Shown: one piece after another, positions 54,192 to 63,702 of the stretch
Layout of the letters: every line of letters begins with the position of its first letter
How positions within the stretch are numbered: position 1 is the stretch's first letter
NCBI GenBank assembly: GCA_035455265.1
Contig: DATIFK010000002.1
Span: 3,436 to 67,435, forward strand
Source: Anaerolineales bacterium
GTDB lineage: Bacteria > Chloroflexota > Anaerolineae > Anaerolineales > E44-bin32
Reading direction: 5' to 3'
Length of the DNA stretch: 64,000 nucleotides
Notes under the pieces: model-generated
The model's database searches: none
What the model was told of the DNA's origin: nothing
The model's input: only the letters and a program-made list of their open reading frames with translations
Position numbers and translations under genes: made by a program

Positions 54192-55754
54192 GTGTTCCCG
54201 CCAGAGCCGGTTCACGGCCGGCCTGTTCGCGTGCGGAGGTTCTGCTTGCGAAGCGCCAACGTGCGCCGGGTTCTGCGGCAATGGCTGAGCCCGCCGCGTT
54301 TCGACAACGACGAACAGGCTCAGGCAGCCTCTCTGCTCAACACCATCTTGTGGGCGGCCCTGGTCATTACCATGCTGACCAGCGTCATTCCGCTCTTCCT
54401 GACGAATCCCATCCCGGTCATCAGCCTCGTCATCATTGCTGTGGCCGTTGTCATGGAAGTCATGAGTCTGGTTCTTCTGCATCGAAGGCACGTCCGCCTG
54501 GCCAGCGCCATCCTTTCTTCGATGGGCATGTTGATCATCACCGGCGCCGTCTACTTCTTCGGCGGTCTGCGCGACCCGAGCTTCAATGCCTACGTTCTGA
54601 TCATCCTGGTCGGCGGTTTGCTCCTCGGAGGTCGCGCCGCGGCGCTCCTGGCCGTCGGCGGCATCCTCGCCGGCCTGGTCATGCTGATGGCCGAGACAGC
54701 TGGCAGGCTGCCGGTCCCCAACTACGAGGTCACCTCCGCCCAGCGCTGGTACACCGGCGCGCTGATCTTCTGCCTGGCAGCTGTCCTACTCGGCCTGGCC
54801 CTGCAGAGCATCCGAAACGCGTTGGCCAAGGCCAGGGCGAACGAGCAGGCCCAGCTGGAAGCCAACCGTGAGCTGCAAGCCATACGTGAGTCGCTGGAAG
54901 AGAGGGTCCGCCTGCGCACCAAGGAACTCAGCGACAGCCATGTTCAGCTGGAACAGGCCTATCGAAGCCTGCAGGAGAATCAGCAACGTCTGCTGATCTC
55001 CGAAAAGATGGCTTCGCTTGGGCGGCTGACGGCCGGCATCGCGCACGAGATGAACACGCCGATCGCCGCCGTCCGATCCTCATTGGCCCAGCTGCAGGCC
55101 CTGGTCGACGAGTACCGGACGTCGGCCGGGGATGCGGACGTCTCGCCCGACGATCATAAGCAGATCGCAGCCGAGATGCGGCGGGCCATCGACATCGGCA
55201 GTCTGGCCGCCGAAAGGTCGGCCAGCTTCGTCCGCGGCGTCAGGGCCCAAACGCGCGACCTGGACCGGGAACCGGCCCTGGCCTTCGAAGTGGCACCCGT
55301 GCTGCAGGATGCGTTGATGCTTTTAAGCCACTCCCTGCGCGCGGCCAGCTGCCGCCTGGAGGTCGTCACGGACCAGGCAAGCGGCTTGCGGTTGTTCGGC
55401 TCACCCGGCCGGTTCGCCCAGGTGATCACCAATCTGGTCACCAACTCCATCGATGCCAGCGCGCCCAAGGGCGGAGGGCTCATCACGGTACGCCTGACCG
55501 GCGTTGACGGCGGACTGAGCCTGAGCGTGGAGGACCAAGGCGTCGGCATCGCGCCCGAGAACCTGGCGCGCGTCTTCGACCCGATGTTCACGACCAAGCC
55601 GTTTGGCCAAGGCACCGGGCTGGGTATGACCATCGTCCACGACATCGTCACGTCCGAATTGTCCGGGACCATCGAGATCCACAGTGAGCTGGGAACGGGA
55701 ACGAAGGTCGACCTGACCCTCCCGCTCCCGCGCGAGGTCGAGCATGCCGCGTAA
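54192..55754 (+). CDS. Membrane-bound sensor histidine kinase
   Basis: Six TM helices, a coiled-coil linker, H-box MASLGRLTAGIAHEMNTPI, N-box NLVTNSIDA, and G-boxes DQGVGI / GTGLGM. The start is uncertain. Confidence 0.8.
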   Translation: MFPPEPVHGRPVRVRRFCLRSANVRRVLRQWLSPPRFDNDEQAQAASLLNTILWAALVITMLTSVIPLFLTNPIPVISLVIIAVAVVMEVMSLVLLHRRHVRLASAILSSMGMLIITGAVYFFGGLRDPSFNAYVLIILVGGLLLGGRAAALLAVGGILAGLVMLMAETAGRLPVPNYEVTSAQRWYTGALIFCLAAVLLGLALQSIRNALAKARANEQAQLEANRELQAIRESLEERVRLRTKELSDSHVQLEQAYRSLQENQQRLLISEKMASLGRLTAGIAHEMNTPIAAVRSSLAQLQALVDEYRTSAGDADVSPDDHKQIAAEMRRAIDIGSLAAERSASFVRGVRAQTRDLDREPALAFEVAPVLQDALMLLSHSLRAASCRLEVVTDQASGLRLFGSPGRFAQVITNLVTNSIDASAPKGGGLITVRLTGVDGGLSLSVEDQGVGIAPENLARVFDPMFTTKPFGQGTGLGMTIVHDIVTSELSGTIEIHSELGTGTKVDLTLPLPREVEHAA

Positions 55755-57228
55755 GCGCCCCGCGAAATCTCCAACCGGCTACGTCGTGCTTCTGGTCGAT
55801 GACAACGCGGAATACCTCGAGGCCAGCCGGATGCTGCTCGAAAACGAGGGCCACAGCGTTCTGTGCGCCGGGGATGGCGCCGGAGCGCTCGAGATCGTCC
55901 GGGAGAGACATGTCGACCTGATGTTGCTGGACTACTACATGCCGAAGATGACCGGCGAACAGGTGGTCGCCAAGCTGAGAGAGTTCAACCCTCTCATCCA
56001 GGTGATCCTGCAAACGGGATATGCCAGCGAACAGCCTCCGCGCGAGCTCCTGCGTCGCCTCGACATTCAGGGCTACTACGATAAGAGCGAGGGCCCGGAC
56101 AAGCTGTTGCTGTGGACGGACGTCGGCCTGAAGGCCGCCTATGCCGTCCAACTTCTCGAGATGAACCGGCGAGGCCTTCGCTACATCCTGGACGCCACAC
56201 CCGACCTCCACCGCATTCAACCTCTCGAGGACCTGCTTCATGGCGTCCTATGGCAGATGGCAGGTTTGCTGCATGCCTCCGATACCTTTCTGGCCGTGGT
56301 GTCCGGCGAGGCGCATCCGACGGTGCAGCCCGAGGCGGCCGAAACGTTTGTCGCCATGGTCAATGACGACCTTGAGCTCAGCATCCGCGCCGGGACCGGC
56401 CGCTTCTCCGATCGCCCGTCGCTGGGGCTGGCCTTGCCGGATGATGAACGACGAGCCATTCAGAAGGCGATGGAGGCCGGCCGCACCGTTCAAGGGCCCC
56501 GCTCGACCATTGTTCCCCTGTCCATCCGCGAGACCTCGCTGGGCGTGATCTTCCTCGAGGCTCCTGGGCTGACGGACCAGAATCAGGACCTGCTGCGAAT
56601 CTTCGCCAACCAAGCCGCCGTGGCCATTCAGAACACCCAGCTATACGAAAGGGCCACACTGGACTCGCTGACCGGTGTCTTCGGCCGGGGTTTCTTCGAG
56701 GATTGCCTGCGGCGGGAACTGCGGGCCGCGTTTCGATCCGCCGTCCCCCTCGTCGTTCTGATGCTCGACGTCGATGACATGAAGGCCATCAACGACACTC
56801 GAGGCCACCTGGCAGGCGACCACTGCCTGTCGACTTTGGGGCGCCTGCTTCGCAGCCTGGTTCGCGAGAACGATGTGGTTGGCCGCTACGGCGGCGACGA
56901 GTTTGCTTTCGTCCTCACCCGCACCGATATCGCCGAGGCCCAGATCGTGGCGCAGCGCGTCCTGGAGGCCGTCGGGCGTGCGGACTGGACGTTCGAGGAC
57001 ATGCCCGTCTCGGTCTCGTGCAGCCTCGGACTCGCTGAGCTGCCGCCTCACCGCTTTGAGGCCGATTCCATTCCACGCCCGCTACCCCACGAGTACTTCG
57101 AGAGGATGGCCCAGGTCGTTATCGAGCGAGCCGACGGCGCTCTCTATCAGGCCAAGCGTGGCGGCGGGCAAGGGCTGCGGATCGGAGAGTCGGCCGACTG
57201 GTTGGACATCGTCCTCACCCCCGGCTAG
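55744..57228 (+). CDS. Response regulator with receiver, GAF-like and GGDEF (diguanylate cyclase) domains
   Basis: Receiver VLLVDDN...LMLLDYYMPKMTG. The GGDEF site is RYGGDEFAFVL. It overlaps the kinase gene by 11 nt. Confidence 0.85.
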   Translation: MPRKRPAKSPTGYVVLLVDDNAEYLEASRMLLENEGHSVLCAGDGAGALEIVRERHVDLMLLDYYMPKMTGEQVVAKLREFNPLIQVILQTGYASEQPPRELLRRLDIQGYYDKSEGPDKLLLWTDVGLKAAYAVQLLEMNRRGLRYILDATPDLHRIQPLEDLLHGVLWQMAGLLHASDTFLAVVSGEAHPTVQPEAAETFVAMVNDDLELSIRAGTGRFSDRPSLGLALPDDERRAIQKAMEAGRTVQGPRSTIVPLSIRETSLGVIFLEAPGLTDQNQDLLRIFANQAAVAIQNTQLYERATLDSLTGVFGRGFFEDCLRRELRAAFRSAVPLVVLMLDVDDMKAINDTRGHLAGDHCLSTLGRLLRSLVRENDVVGRYGGDEFAFVLTRTDIAEAQIVAQRVLEAVGRADWTFEDMPVSVSCSLGLAELPPHRFEADSIPRPLPHEYFERMAQVVIERADGALYQAKRGGGQGLRIGESADWLDIVLTPG

Positions 57229-57286
57229 AATCCGGCCTGGCGCGCGCGGATCGAACTGCGAGGTCGGCATAGCGTGGTCCCCTTCG

Positions 57287-58750
57287 ATGGATAGTCCGGC
57301 CCAGGCCGCCAACCCTTCGTCGGACAGAGCTCGGCCGCGGCCGGCACTGCCGGCGGACGATCTGACTCAGCTAGGCGCCGTCGAGTTGTTGCGCCGGCTG
57401 CACCGCCGCGAGGTTTCAGCCGCCGAGGTGGTGGAGGCGCACATCCGCCGGATCGAGAACGTCAATCCGAAACTGAACGCGCTGGTGACCGACACCTTCG
57501 ACGAGGCCGCCCGAACCGCGCGCCGAGCGGACGAACGTATCGGCCGCGGCGGATCCCTGCCCCCGCTCCTCGGACTTCCATTCACCGTCAAGGACGCCTT
57601 CCCCGTGGCGGGGGTGCGCTTCACGGCCGGCCTGTTGCGCCGGAAGGATCACATCGCCGGCGAAGACGCCGAGATTGTGAGGCGTATGCGGGCCGCCGGC
57701 GCCATCCTCCTCGGGAAGACCAATGTGCCCGACCTGTCCGCCTCCGTCGACACCGAGAACCTCATTTTCGGGCAGACCCACAACCCTTGGAACCCTCAAC
57801 GCTCATCCGGAGGCAGCTCCGGCGGTGAAGGTGCATTGGTGGCGGCCGGCGGATCCCCTCTGGGCATAGGTTCGGATTTCGCCGGCAGCGTTCGGATCCC
57901 GGCGGCCTCGTGCGGGGTTCCCGGCCTCAAGACGAGCCCGGGCCGGATCCCCCTGGATGGTCACGTGCCAGAGACTCCGGTCGAGCTGTCCGGCTGGAAC
58001 ACCGCCGGCGCCCTCGCACGCAAAGTGGAGGATCTGAACCTTGCGCTGGCGACCCTGGCCGGCTCGGCGCGCATCCCCCTTGAATCGGTGCCGCTCCACG
58101 GGCGCAGACTCATCGTCCCCGAACCGCTCCGGGGCTATCCGCCCTCGGCCGAGAACGAGGCCGCCCTCGAGGCTTCCCTGCAGGTTCTGCGCGAGCGAGG
58201 CATGGTCCTTCAGCGCGGGGTCTTTTCCTTGGACCAAGTGCCTTTTGAATATGCCGCCTGGCTGTATCGCTTCTGGCTCCCGTCCCTGCTGCGCCAACTC
58301 GGCGCGGGCAGGCCGATTCGGATGCTTGCCGAGGGGAAGAACCATATCGCGGGCCGCCCCACGATCTCCCGCAAGGTCATGGCCTTGATCGCCACCATGT
58401 CGCTGACTGGCCCCTTCTTGATCGCTTCGGGACGCGGCCGGCCCGCCAGGCTGGCCTCCCTGAAACAGGAGTTTGGCCGGGCCATCGGTGAGGAGGGCGT
58501 GGTCGTCTGGTACTGGAGCGCCTCAGGCGCACCGACGACATCTGCTTCGGGTCTCACCGGATCGTCTGGCTACACCACGGTGTTCAACGCGTTGGGAGTC
58601 CCGGCGGCCGTGGTTCCCACAGGAATGGGCCGGGGAGGCTTGCCGTTGGCGGTGCAGGTTGCGGCCGCGCCGGGAAGAGATGAAACGGCCCTCGCTGTCT
58701 GCCAGGCCATCGAGGCCGCCCTCGGTGGCTGGCGTCGGCCACCCATCTGA
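57287..58750 (+). CDS. Amidase-signature family amidase
   Basis: The amidase signature is GGSSGGEGALVAAGGSPLGIGSDFAGSVRIPA. ATG 57287 is preferred. The upstream part of the listed ORF overlaps the GGDEF gene. Confidence 0.85.
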   Translation: MDSPAQAANPSSDRARPRPALPADDLTQLGAVELLRRLHRREVSAAEVVEAHIRRIENVNPKLNALVTDTFDEAARTARRADERIGRGGSLPPLLGLPFTVKDAFPVAGVRFTAGLLRRKDHIAGEDAEIVRRMRAAGAILLGKTNVPDLSASVDTENLIFGQTHNPWNPQRSSGGSSGGEGALVAAGGSPLGIGSDFAGSVRIPAASCGVPGLKTSPGRIPLDGHVPETPVELSGWNTAGALARKVEDLNLALATLAGSARIPLESVPLHGRRLIVPEPLRGYPPSAENEAALEASLQVLRERGMVLQRGVFSLDQVPFEYAAWLYRFWLPSLLRQLGAGRPIRMLAEGKNHIAGRPTISRKVMALIATMSLTGPFLIASGRGRPARLASLKQEFGRAIGEEGVVVWYWSASGAPTTSASGLTGSSGYTTVFNALGVPAAVVPTGMGRGGLPLAVQVAAAPGRDETALAVCQAIEAALGGWRRPPI

Positions 58751-58850
58751 ATCAGCCTGTCGAAGTACAACGGGAGCGTGCCAGCCAGGCCCGTGGTCCG
58801 GGCCGACCGGCGACCGGGGAAGTCTTGGTATCCTTGGGGACGAGGTGCCG

Positions 58851-59369
58851 ATGACCGACCTGGAAGCGTTCCGTCACGAGAAGGACGACTTCTTCCAAAC
58901 GAATCCCTACAGCCCTCTTACGCCGGAACAGCAGCGCGACTTCGCTGGCCTGCGCTACTTTCCCGAGGACCCGGGCTTGAGGCTGAAGGTGCCCGTAGAA
59001 CGATTCGACGCGCCGGACACGATTCGGATGCAGACCAGCACCGGGGACGTCCAGGCGTACGAGCGTTTCGGCCGCTTCAGACTGACCGTCGACGGCCAGG
59101 AAGCCGCCATGACGATCTACCGCAACGAGAACGGCTACTTTCTGCCGTTCGTCGATTCGTTGGCGGGCAAGGAGACGTACGGCGCGGGTCGCTACCTGGA
59201 ACCGGAGGAACAACCGGACGGCACGTTCGTGGTGGACTTCAACCTGGCCTACAACCCGTACTGTGCGTACAACGAGAACTGGTCCTGCCCGATCACCCCG
59301 GCCGAGAACCGTGTCAAGGTGCCGATTCGGGCGGGGGAGAAGATGTATCTCAGCGGTGCACATCCGTAG
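58851..59369 (+). CDS. DUF1684 domain protein
   Basis: Contains FRHEKDDFF..NPYSPL, LRYFPEDP, GAGRYL and NPYCAYNENWSCPITPAENR. ATG 58851 is preceded by GAGGTG. Confidence 0.75.
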   Translation: MTDLEAFRHEKDDFFQTNPYSPLTPEQQRDFAGLRYFPEDPGLRLKVPVERFDAPDTIRMQTSTGDVQAYERFGRFRLTVDGQEAAMTIYRNENGYFLPFVDSLAGKETYGAGRYLEPEEQPDGTFVVDFNLAYNPYCAYNENWSCPITPAENRVKVPIRAGEKMYLSGAHP

Positions 59370-59390
59370 GGGCACGGCATGCCCCCCTAC
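59366..59390. repeat. GTAGGGGC-family palindromic element (imperfect copy)
   Basis: GTAGGGGCACGGCATGCCCCCCTAC. The DUF1684 stop codon TAG is part of the element. Confidence 0.65.
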
Positions 59391-59531
59391 CACACAGGGG
59401 GATCCGCTCTTCCCTCCCCTTGAGGCTAGATGGCATGGCGGAGGGTCGCGGCCATGCTTGCGACCTACCCGCCATTCGGCGCGCCCCGATCGACTGAAAT
59501 CCCATTAGGATTCCCAGGCAGGGATTGGCGC

Positions 59532-60230
59532 ATGACCGCGTTGGATCATGTTCTCGAACGTTCGCGCCCGAGAGGTTTGTCCCTCGATCGCCTCAGCCTC
59601 GCCGCTCTGGTGCTGGCGTTGGGGCTCTACGCGATCCTTCCCTGGCTGGCACCGGTCTTCATGCGCCTGGGCTGGGAACCGGCGGGCCGCGCGCTGTATG
59701 CGATCTACTCGACTCAGTGCCACCAGATGGCGCAGCGTTCTTTCTTCCTATTTGGGCCCAAGGCGATGTACTCGATGGCGGAATTGGCCCGGGCAGGCGT
59801 GGCGCCCGACGCCTCGGCGTTGAGGGCTTTCATAGGGTCGCCGACGCTGGGCTGGAAGGTTGCCTGGTCAGATCGCATGGCCTCGATGTACTTGAGCCTG
59901 TTCGTATTCAGCGCCGCCGCCTTCCGCCTCGGAAGACGTCTGCCCCCCTTGCCCCTTGGGGCCGCCCTGGCTCTGCTCCTACCGATGGCCCTTGACGGAG
60001 GCACTCACTTTCTGAGCGACCTCTCCGGGCTGGGGCAGGGCTTTCGCGATCAGAACGCCTGGTTGGCAAGCCTCACGGGGAACGTGTTCCCATCCTCCTT
60101 CTATGTGGGCGATGCCTTGGGGTCCTTCAACTCGTGGATGCGCATTCTATCGGGCATCCTCTTCGGCCTGGCCCTCGCCTGGGCGGCGATCCCGGCTCTC
60201 CGCCGGGCTCTGGCGGGCATGGATGCGTAG
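59532..60230 (+). CDS. DUF2085-family membrane protein
   Basis: Contains YSTQCHQMAQRSFFLFG, with multiple TM helices and a conserved DGGTH. Confidence 0.6.
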   Translation: MTALDHVLERSRPRGLSLDRLSLAALVLALGLYAILPWLAPVFMRLGWEPAGRALYAIYSTQCHQMAQRSFFLFGPKAMYSMAELARAGVAPDASALRAFIGSPTLGWKVAWSDRMASMYLSLFVFSAAAFRLGRRLPPLPLGAALALLLPMALDGGTHFLSDLSGLGQGFRDQNAWLASLTGNVFPSSFYVGDALGSFNSWMRILSGILFGLALAWAAIPALRRALAGMDA

Positions 60231-60288
60231 CGCCCCAGCCGGACGTGGCAGCGTCGGCCTTGCCGGGCCTCCGCCGGACCTCGCTCGC

Positions 60289-60297
60289 TGATATGAT
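60289..60297 (+). promoter_or_regulatory. Putative extended -10 element TGATATGAT upstream of the YHS gene
   Basis: TGATATGAT lies 72 nt upstream of ATG 60370. Confidence 0.4.
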
Positions 60298-60369
60298 CGA
60301 TGCGACGGGTGATGGCGCGGCGGAGGTACGATCCGTCTCAGAGCGCACAGGTCATCGGGAGGTGAAACC

Positions 60370-60546
60370 ATGGCCATCGATCCTGTATGCGGCATGACCG
60401 TCGACGAAAAGACGGCCACGCTCAAGTCCGAGTTCAGCGGCAAGACCTACTACTTCTGCGGCCCCGGCTGCAAGCGCAGCTTTGACAAGGAGCCGGCGAA
60501 GTATGCCGCCGCGATGCCCCCGGCTCACGGAGCCCATCACGGCTAG
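60370..60546 (+). CDS. YHS/TRASH-domain small metal-binding protein (58 aa, not in the ORF track)
   Basis: My own translation is MAIDPVCGMTVDEKTATLKSEFSGKTYYFCGPGCKRSFDKEPAKYAAAMPPAHGAHHG. It has the YHS signature DPVCGM.V....Y.G..YYFC...C...F. The ATG is preceded by GGGAGGTG. Confidence 0.8.
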   Translation: MAIDPVCGMTVDEKTATLKSEFSGKTYYFCGPGCKRSFDKEPAKYAAAMPPAHGAHHG

Positions 60547-60561
60547 ACTCCCCGCCGCTCG

Positions 60562-61236
60562 ATGAGCTCGGAACCCATTCGCGTCCTGCTGGCGGACGAC
60601 CACGCGGTCGTCCGCCAGGGGATTCGGCAGTTCCTCGAGGACAGCGGGGGAATCACCGTCCTGGCCGAGGCGGCCGACGGTGAAGAGGCGCTGCGCCTGA
60701 TCCGCGAGCACCTCCCCGACGTGGCTGTGCTGGATATCCAGATGCCGCGCAGCTCGGGGATCGACGTCGCCCGGGCCATCCGGGCCGAACGCCTGCCCGT
60801 CGGCGTTCTCATCCTGACGGCCTTCGACGACGAGCCCTACATTCGCGCCGTCCTCCAGGCGGGCGCCAACGGCTTCGTCCTGAAGACCGCCGACGCCGGC
60901 GACATCGTCGAAGCCGTGCGAGACGTCCACGAGGGCAAGTCGGTGCTCGATCCCTCGATCGCCCGCCGGCTGATGACGCAGCTCGCCCGGTCGGAGGACG
61001 ACCGCCTGCCGATGGAATCGCTGACCGAGCGGGAGCTCGACGTGCTCCGCCTGACGGCGCGTGGGTTCACCAACAAGGCCATCGGGGCCCAGCTGTCGAT
61101 CAGCGACCGGACCGTGCAGGGCCATCTGGCGAAGATCTACGGCAAGCTCCACGCCGCCAGCCGCACCGAGGCGGTCATGCGGGCCGTGACGCTCGGATGG
61201 ATCCCGCCTGTGCTGGCCGACGACAAGTCGGCGTGA
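60562..61236 (+). CDS. NarL/LuxR-family response regulator
   Basis: Receiver RVLLADDHAVVRQG...VAVLDIQMP. The HTH is LTERELDVLRLTARGFTNKAIGAQLSISDRTVQGH. Confidence 0.9.
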   Translation: MSSEPIRVLLADDHAVVRQGIRQFLEDSGGITVLAEAADGEEALRLIREHLPDVAVLDIQMPRSSGIDVARAIRAERLPVGVLILTAFDDEPYIRAVLQAGANGFVLKTADAGDIVEAVRDVHEGKSVLDPSIARRLMTQLARSEDDRLPMESLTERELDVLRLTARGFTNKAIGAQLSISDRTVQGHLAKIYGKLHAASRTEAVMRAVTLGWIPPVLADDKSA

Positions 61237-62954
61237 CCGCCTCCACGGGCCCCTCGCCCGAGCGTTCGGGTGTCAGCCGCGCCAGCCGCCTGACGCCCCG
61301 CCTGTTCCTCTTCGTCGTCCTGCCGCTGACGGCCCTGCTGGTCGTCATTGCCTTCGGCAGCCTGGCTCTGCATTCGCAGGCGATGCGGTCCCTCGTCGCC
61401 GAACGCGAGCAGCGGACGGCGCACGCCGCCGCCGACTCGGTGTCGGAACAGCTTCAACACCTCGGAAGCCTGGTTCAGGCGCTGGCCCGACACGCGCAGA
61501 CGGCGCCCAGCCCCGCTTCGGCCTTGGGTGACTTCGGGTTTCTGCTCGACACCTTCGAAGGCGGGACGGCTCTGGTCGCACCGGATGGATCCATCACGAC
61601 GGCCGGCGGCCAGGCGGATTGGAGCGACCGTCCGGTTGCATCGATCGTGGCAGCGGCCCGGTCGACCGGGGCCGTCCAGTTCTCCGAAGCCTTCTCCGAT
61701 CCGACCTTGGGCGCCCCGCTGGTCCTGACGGCGTATGCAGCCCCCGACGGGGAGGCGGCGGTCGGGGCCTTCCTTCCGGCCGGTCTGGCGGCGCGCATCC
61801 TGGATGACGCCTTCACCGGCGAAAGTCGGGTCGAGGCCTGGATCGTCGATCCGGAGATGCGTACCCTCTACCGGCTGGGCGGCGAGGCCACTTTCTCTCT
61901 GGTGGACCATCCGGGCGTGGCAGAGGCGTTGCGCGGCGAGAGCGGCGTGACCTTCGCCACGTTCGCCGGGGAAGAACACGTCATCGCCTATCGTCCCATC
62001 CCGCCCACGGGATGGGCCCTCGTGATCGAGGAGCCTTGGGAGGCCGTCGACAATCCGCTGCTCCGTCAGACGCAGGCCGCGCCGTTGATTCTGCTGCCGG
62101 CCTTCGCGCTGGCCGTCCTGGCGCTGGTCTTCGGCCTGCGCCAGGTGGTTCAACCGCTGCAGGCCCTCGATTCCCGCGCCGCCTCCTTGGGGCGCGGAGA
62201 TTTCGAAGCCATCGAACGCCCCGTCGGCGGCATCGGCGAGATCAGATCATTGCAGCAGACTCTCGTGCGCATGGCGCGGCAGGTGCGCAGCTACCAGGAC
62301 TCCATTCGACGCTACGCCGCGGCCCTGACCCGCGGTCAGGAAGACGAGCGCCGACGCCTGGCGCGCGAGCTCCACGACGACACCGTCCAGGCGCTGATCG
62401 CCCTCGACCAACGGACGCAGCTGGCGCAGATGGCCGTCCGCAAGGGTTCTCCGGAAGCGGCCGAGCGGCTGACCGAACTTCGCCAGTGGACCCTGTCGTT
62501 GCTCGACGGCGTGCGGCGCGTCATCCGGGCCTTGCGCCCGGTCTATCTGGAAGACCTCGGCCTCCCCTCGGCGTTGGAAATGCTCGCCCAGGACGTCGAG
62601 AAAGCCTCCGGCATGAGGGTCCGACTCGAGTTGCACGGCACTCCCCTGAGGCTGAGCCCCGACCGAGAGATCGCCGTGTACCGGATCACCCAAGAGGCCT
62701 TGAGCAACGCCGCGCGCCACTCCCAGGCGCGCCAGGTCGACCTGGACGTCGCTTTCGAACCCGGACGGCTCCAGCTGACGGTTCACGACAACGGCCTCGG
62801 CTTCGCCGCGCCGGGGAGCCTCAACGAACTGGCTCCCTCGGATCACTACGGCCTGCTCGGCATGCAGGAACGGGCGGAGCTGATGGGGGCGCGTCTGAGG
62901 ATCGACACGGCGCCCGGCGCCGGGACAACGGTTCGCCTCGACTTGCCCCTCTGA
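61233..62954 (+). CDS. Sensor histidine kinase, HisKA_3 (NarX/LiaS-like) type with periplasmic sensor and HAMP
   Basis: The GTG overlaps the regulator stop (GTGA). There are two TM helices flanking a domain of about 230 aa. The H-box is RRLARELHDDTVQAL, followed by HDNGLGF and GLLGMQERAELMGARL. Confidence 0.85.
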   Translation: MTASTGPSPERSGVSRASRLTPRLFLFVVLPLTALLVVIAFGSLALHSQAMRSLVAEREQRTAHAAADSVSEQLQHLGSLVQALARHAQTAPSPASALGDFGFLLDTFEGGTALVAPDGSITTAGGQADWSDRPVASIVAAARSTGAVQFSEAFSDPTLGAPLVLTAYAAPDGEAAVGAFLPAGLAARILDDAFTGESRVEAWIVDPEMRTLYRLGGEATFSLVDHPGVAEALRGESGVTFATFAGEEHVIAYRPIPPTGWALVIEEPWEAVDNPLLRQTQAAPLILLPAFALAVLALVFGLRQVVQPLQALDSRAASLGRGDFEAIERPVGGIGEIRSLQQTLVRMARQVRSYQDSIRRYAAALTRGQEDERRRLARELHDDTVQALIALDQRTQLAQMAVRKGSPEAAERLTELRQWTLSLLDGVRRVIRALRPVYLEDLGLPSALEMLAQDVEKASGMRVRLELHGTPLRLSPDREIAVYRITQEALSNAARHSQARQVDLDVAFEPGRLQLTVHDNGLGFAAPGSLNELAPSDHYGLLGMQERAELMGARLRIDTAPGAGTTVRLDLPL

Positions 62955-63033
62955 TCGAACCGGCCCCTCGGGCGGGCCAAACGGCCTGTCGCCGTTGGGC
63001 TGTTCGACGCTCGGGCCACCCGCGCCCTACGCC

Positions 63034-63039
63034 TAGACT
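63034..63039 (+). promoter_or_regulatory. Putative -10 hexamer TAGACT, 7 nt upstream of ATG 63047 (leaderless geometry)
   Basis: The sequence reads TAGACT GAGGGTG ATG. Confidence 0.35.
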
Positions 63040-63046
63040 GAGGGTG

Positions 63047-63439
63047 ATGGCCGAGGTCTCCTCCCCCTGGGTGTTGCCCTGCAGCGGCGAACAGGCCGCT
63101 CGAATGGTCGTCGACGAGCTGACCCGGCGCGGCTTTCACGTTGTGCGCAGCTTCGATCTGAACGCCGCGACGGATGGCCGGTGCGACTGCCCCTACCACG
63201 GAACGGCGAGGTGCAGCTGCCAGTACGTGGTCCTGCTGGTCTACGGAGCCCAAGGCTCTCCGGCAGTCGTCACCGCCCACAGCCGCGACGACCACGCCCA
63301 TCTCGATGTGGTGACTGATCCCAACGCTCCCGCAGATCCCGAACTGGTCGACCAGGTGGTGGCGGCGCTGGCCGGAGCCGGCGGCGCGTTTGCGGGAGCG
63401 ACTTGCGGTCCGTTGTCGCCCCAGGAGGACACGCCGTGA
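63047..63439 (+). CDS. Small Cys-rich protein (DUF302-like topology)
   Basis: 130 aa containing CDCPYHGTARCSCQYVVLLVY. The upstream part of the listed 475-aa ORF overlaps the kinase and is rejected. Confidence 0.55.
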   Translation: MAEVSSPWVLPCSGEQAARMVVDELTRRGFHVVRSFDLNAATDGRCDCPYHGTARCSCQYVVLLVYGAQGSPAVVTAHSRDDHAHLDVVTDPNAPADPELVDQVVAALAGAGGAFAGATCGPLSPQEDTP

Positions 63440-63702
63440 GGGGCTTCGGCGTGGGCTTGATCGCCAGGGGCGCCTCCTAGCCGGCTTCCTGCTGGCGCCG
63501 ATCATCTTGGTGATCCTCCTTCTTCGCCCATCGGACGCAGCTCTCTCCAGCCATGACATCCGTCGCCGGCGGCGCCCGCATCCGACACGAGCCAAATGGC
63601 GTGCCGATCCCGGGCCAAACGCCGCTACGACCCCCCGCCCCCTACCCGTAAACTGGGCGGGAGATATCTGATTTCGCCGGTCGAGGCACTCTGGAGGTAC
63701 GA

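Noticed and set aside
63390-63671. The 93-aa ORF between the Cys-rich gene and the Gly-Met repeat gene.
   Set aside because: Its translation is Arg/Pro-rich and low-complexity, it overlaps the preceding gene's 3' end, and it has no ribosome-binding site or motif.
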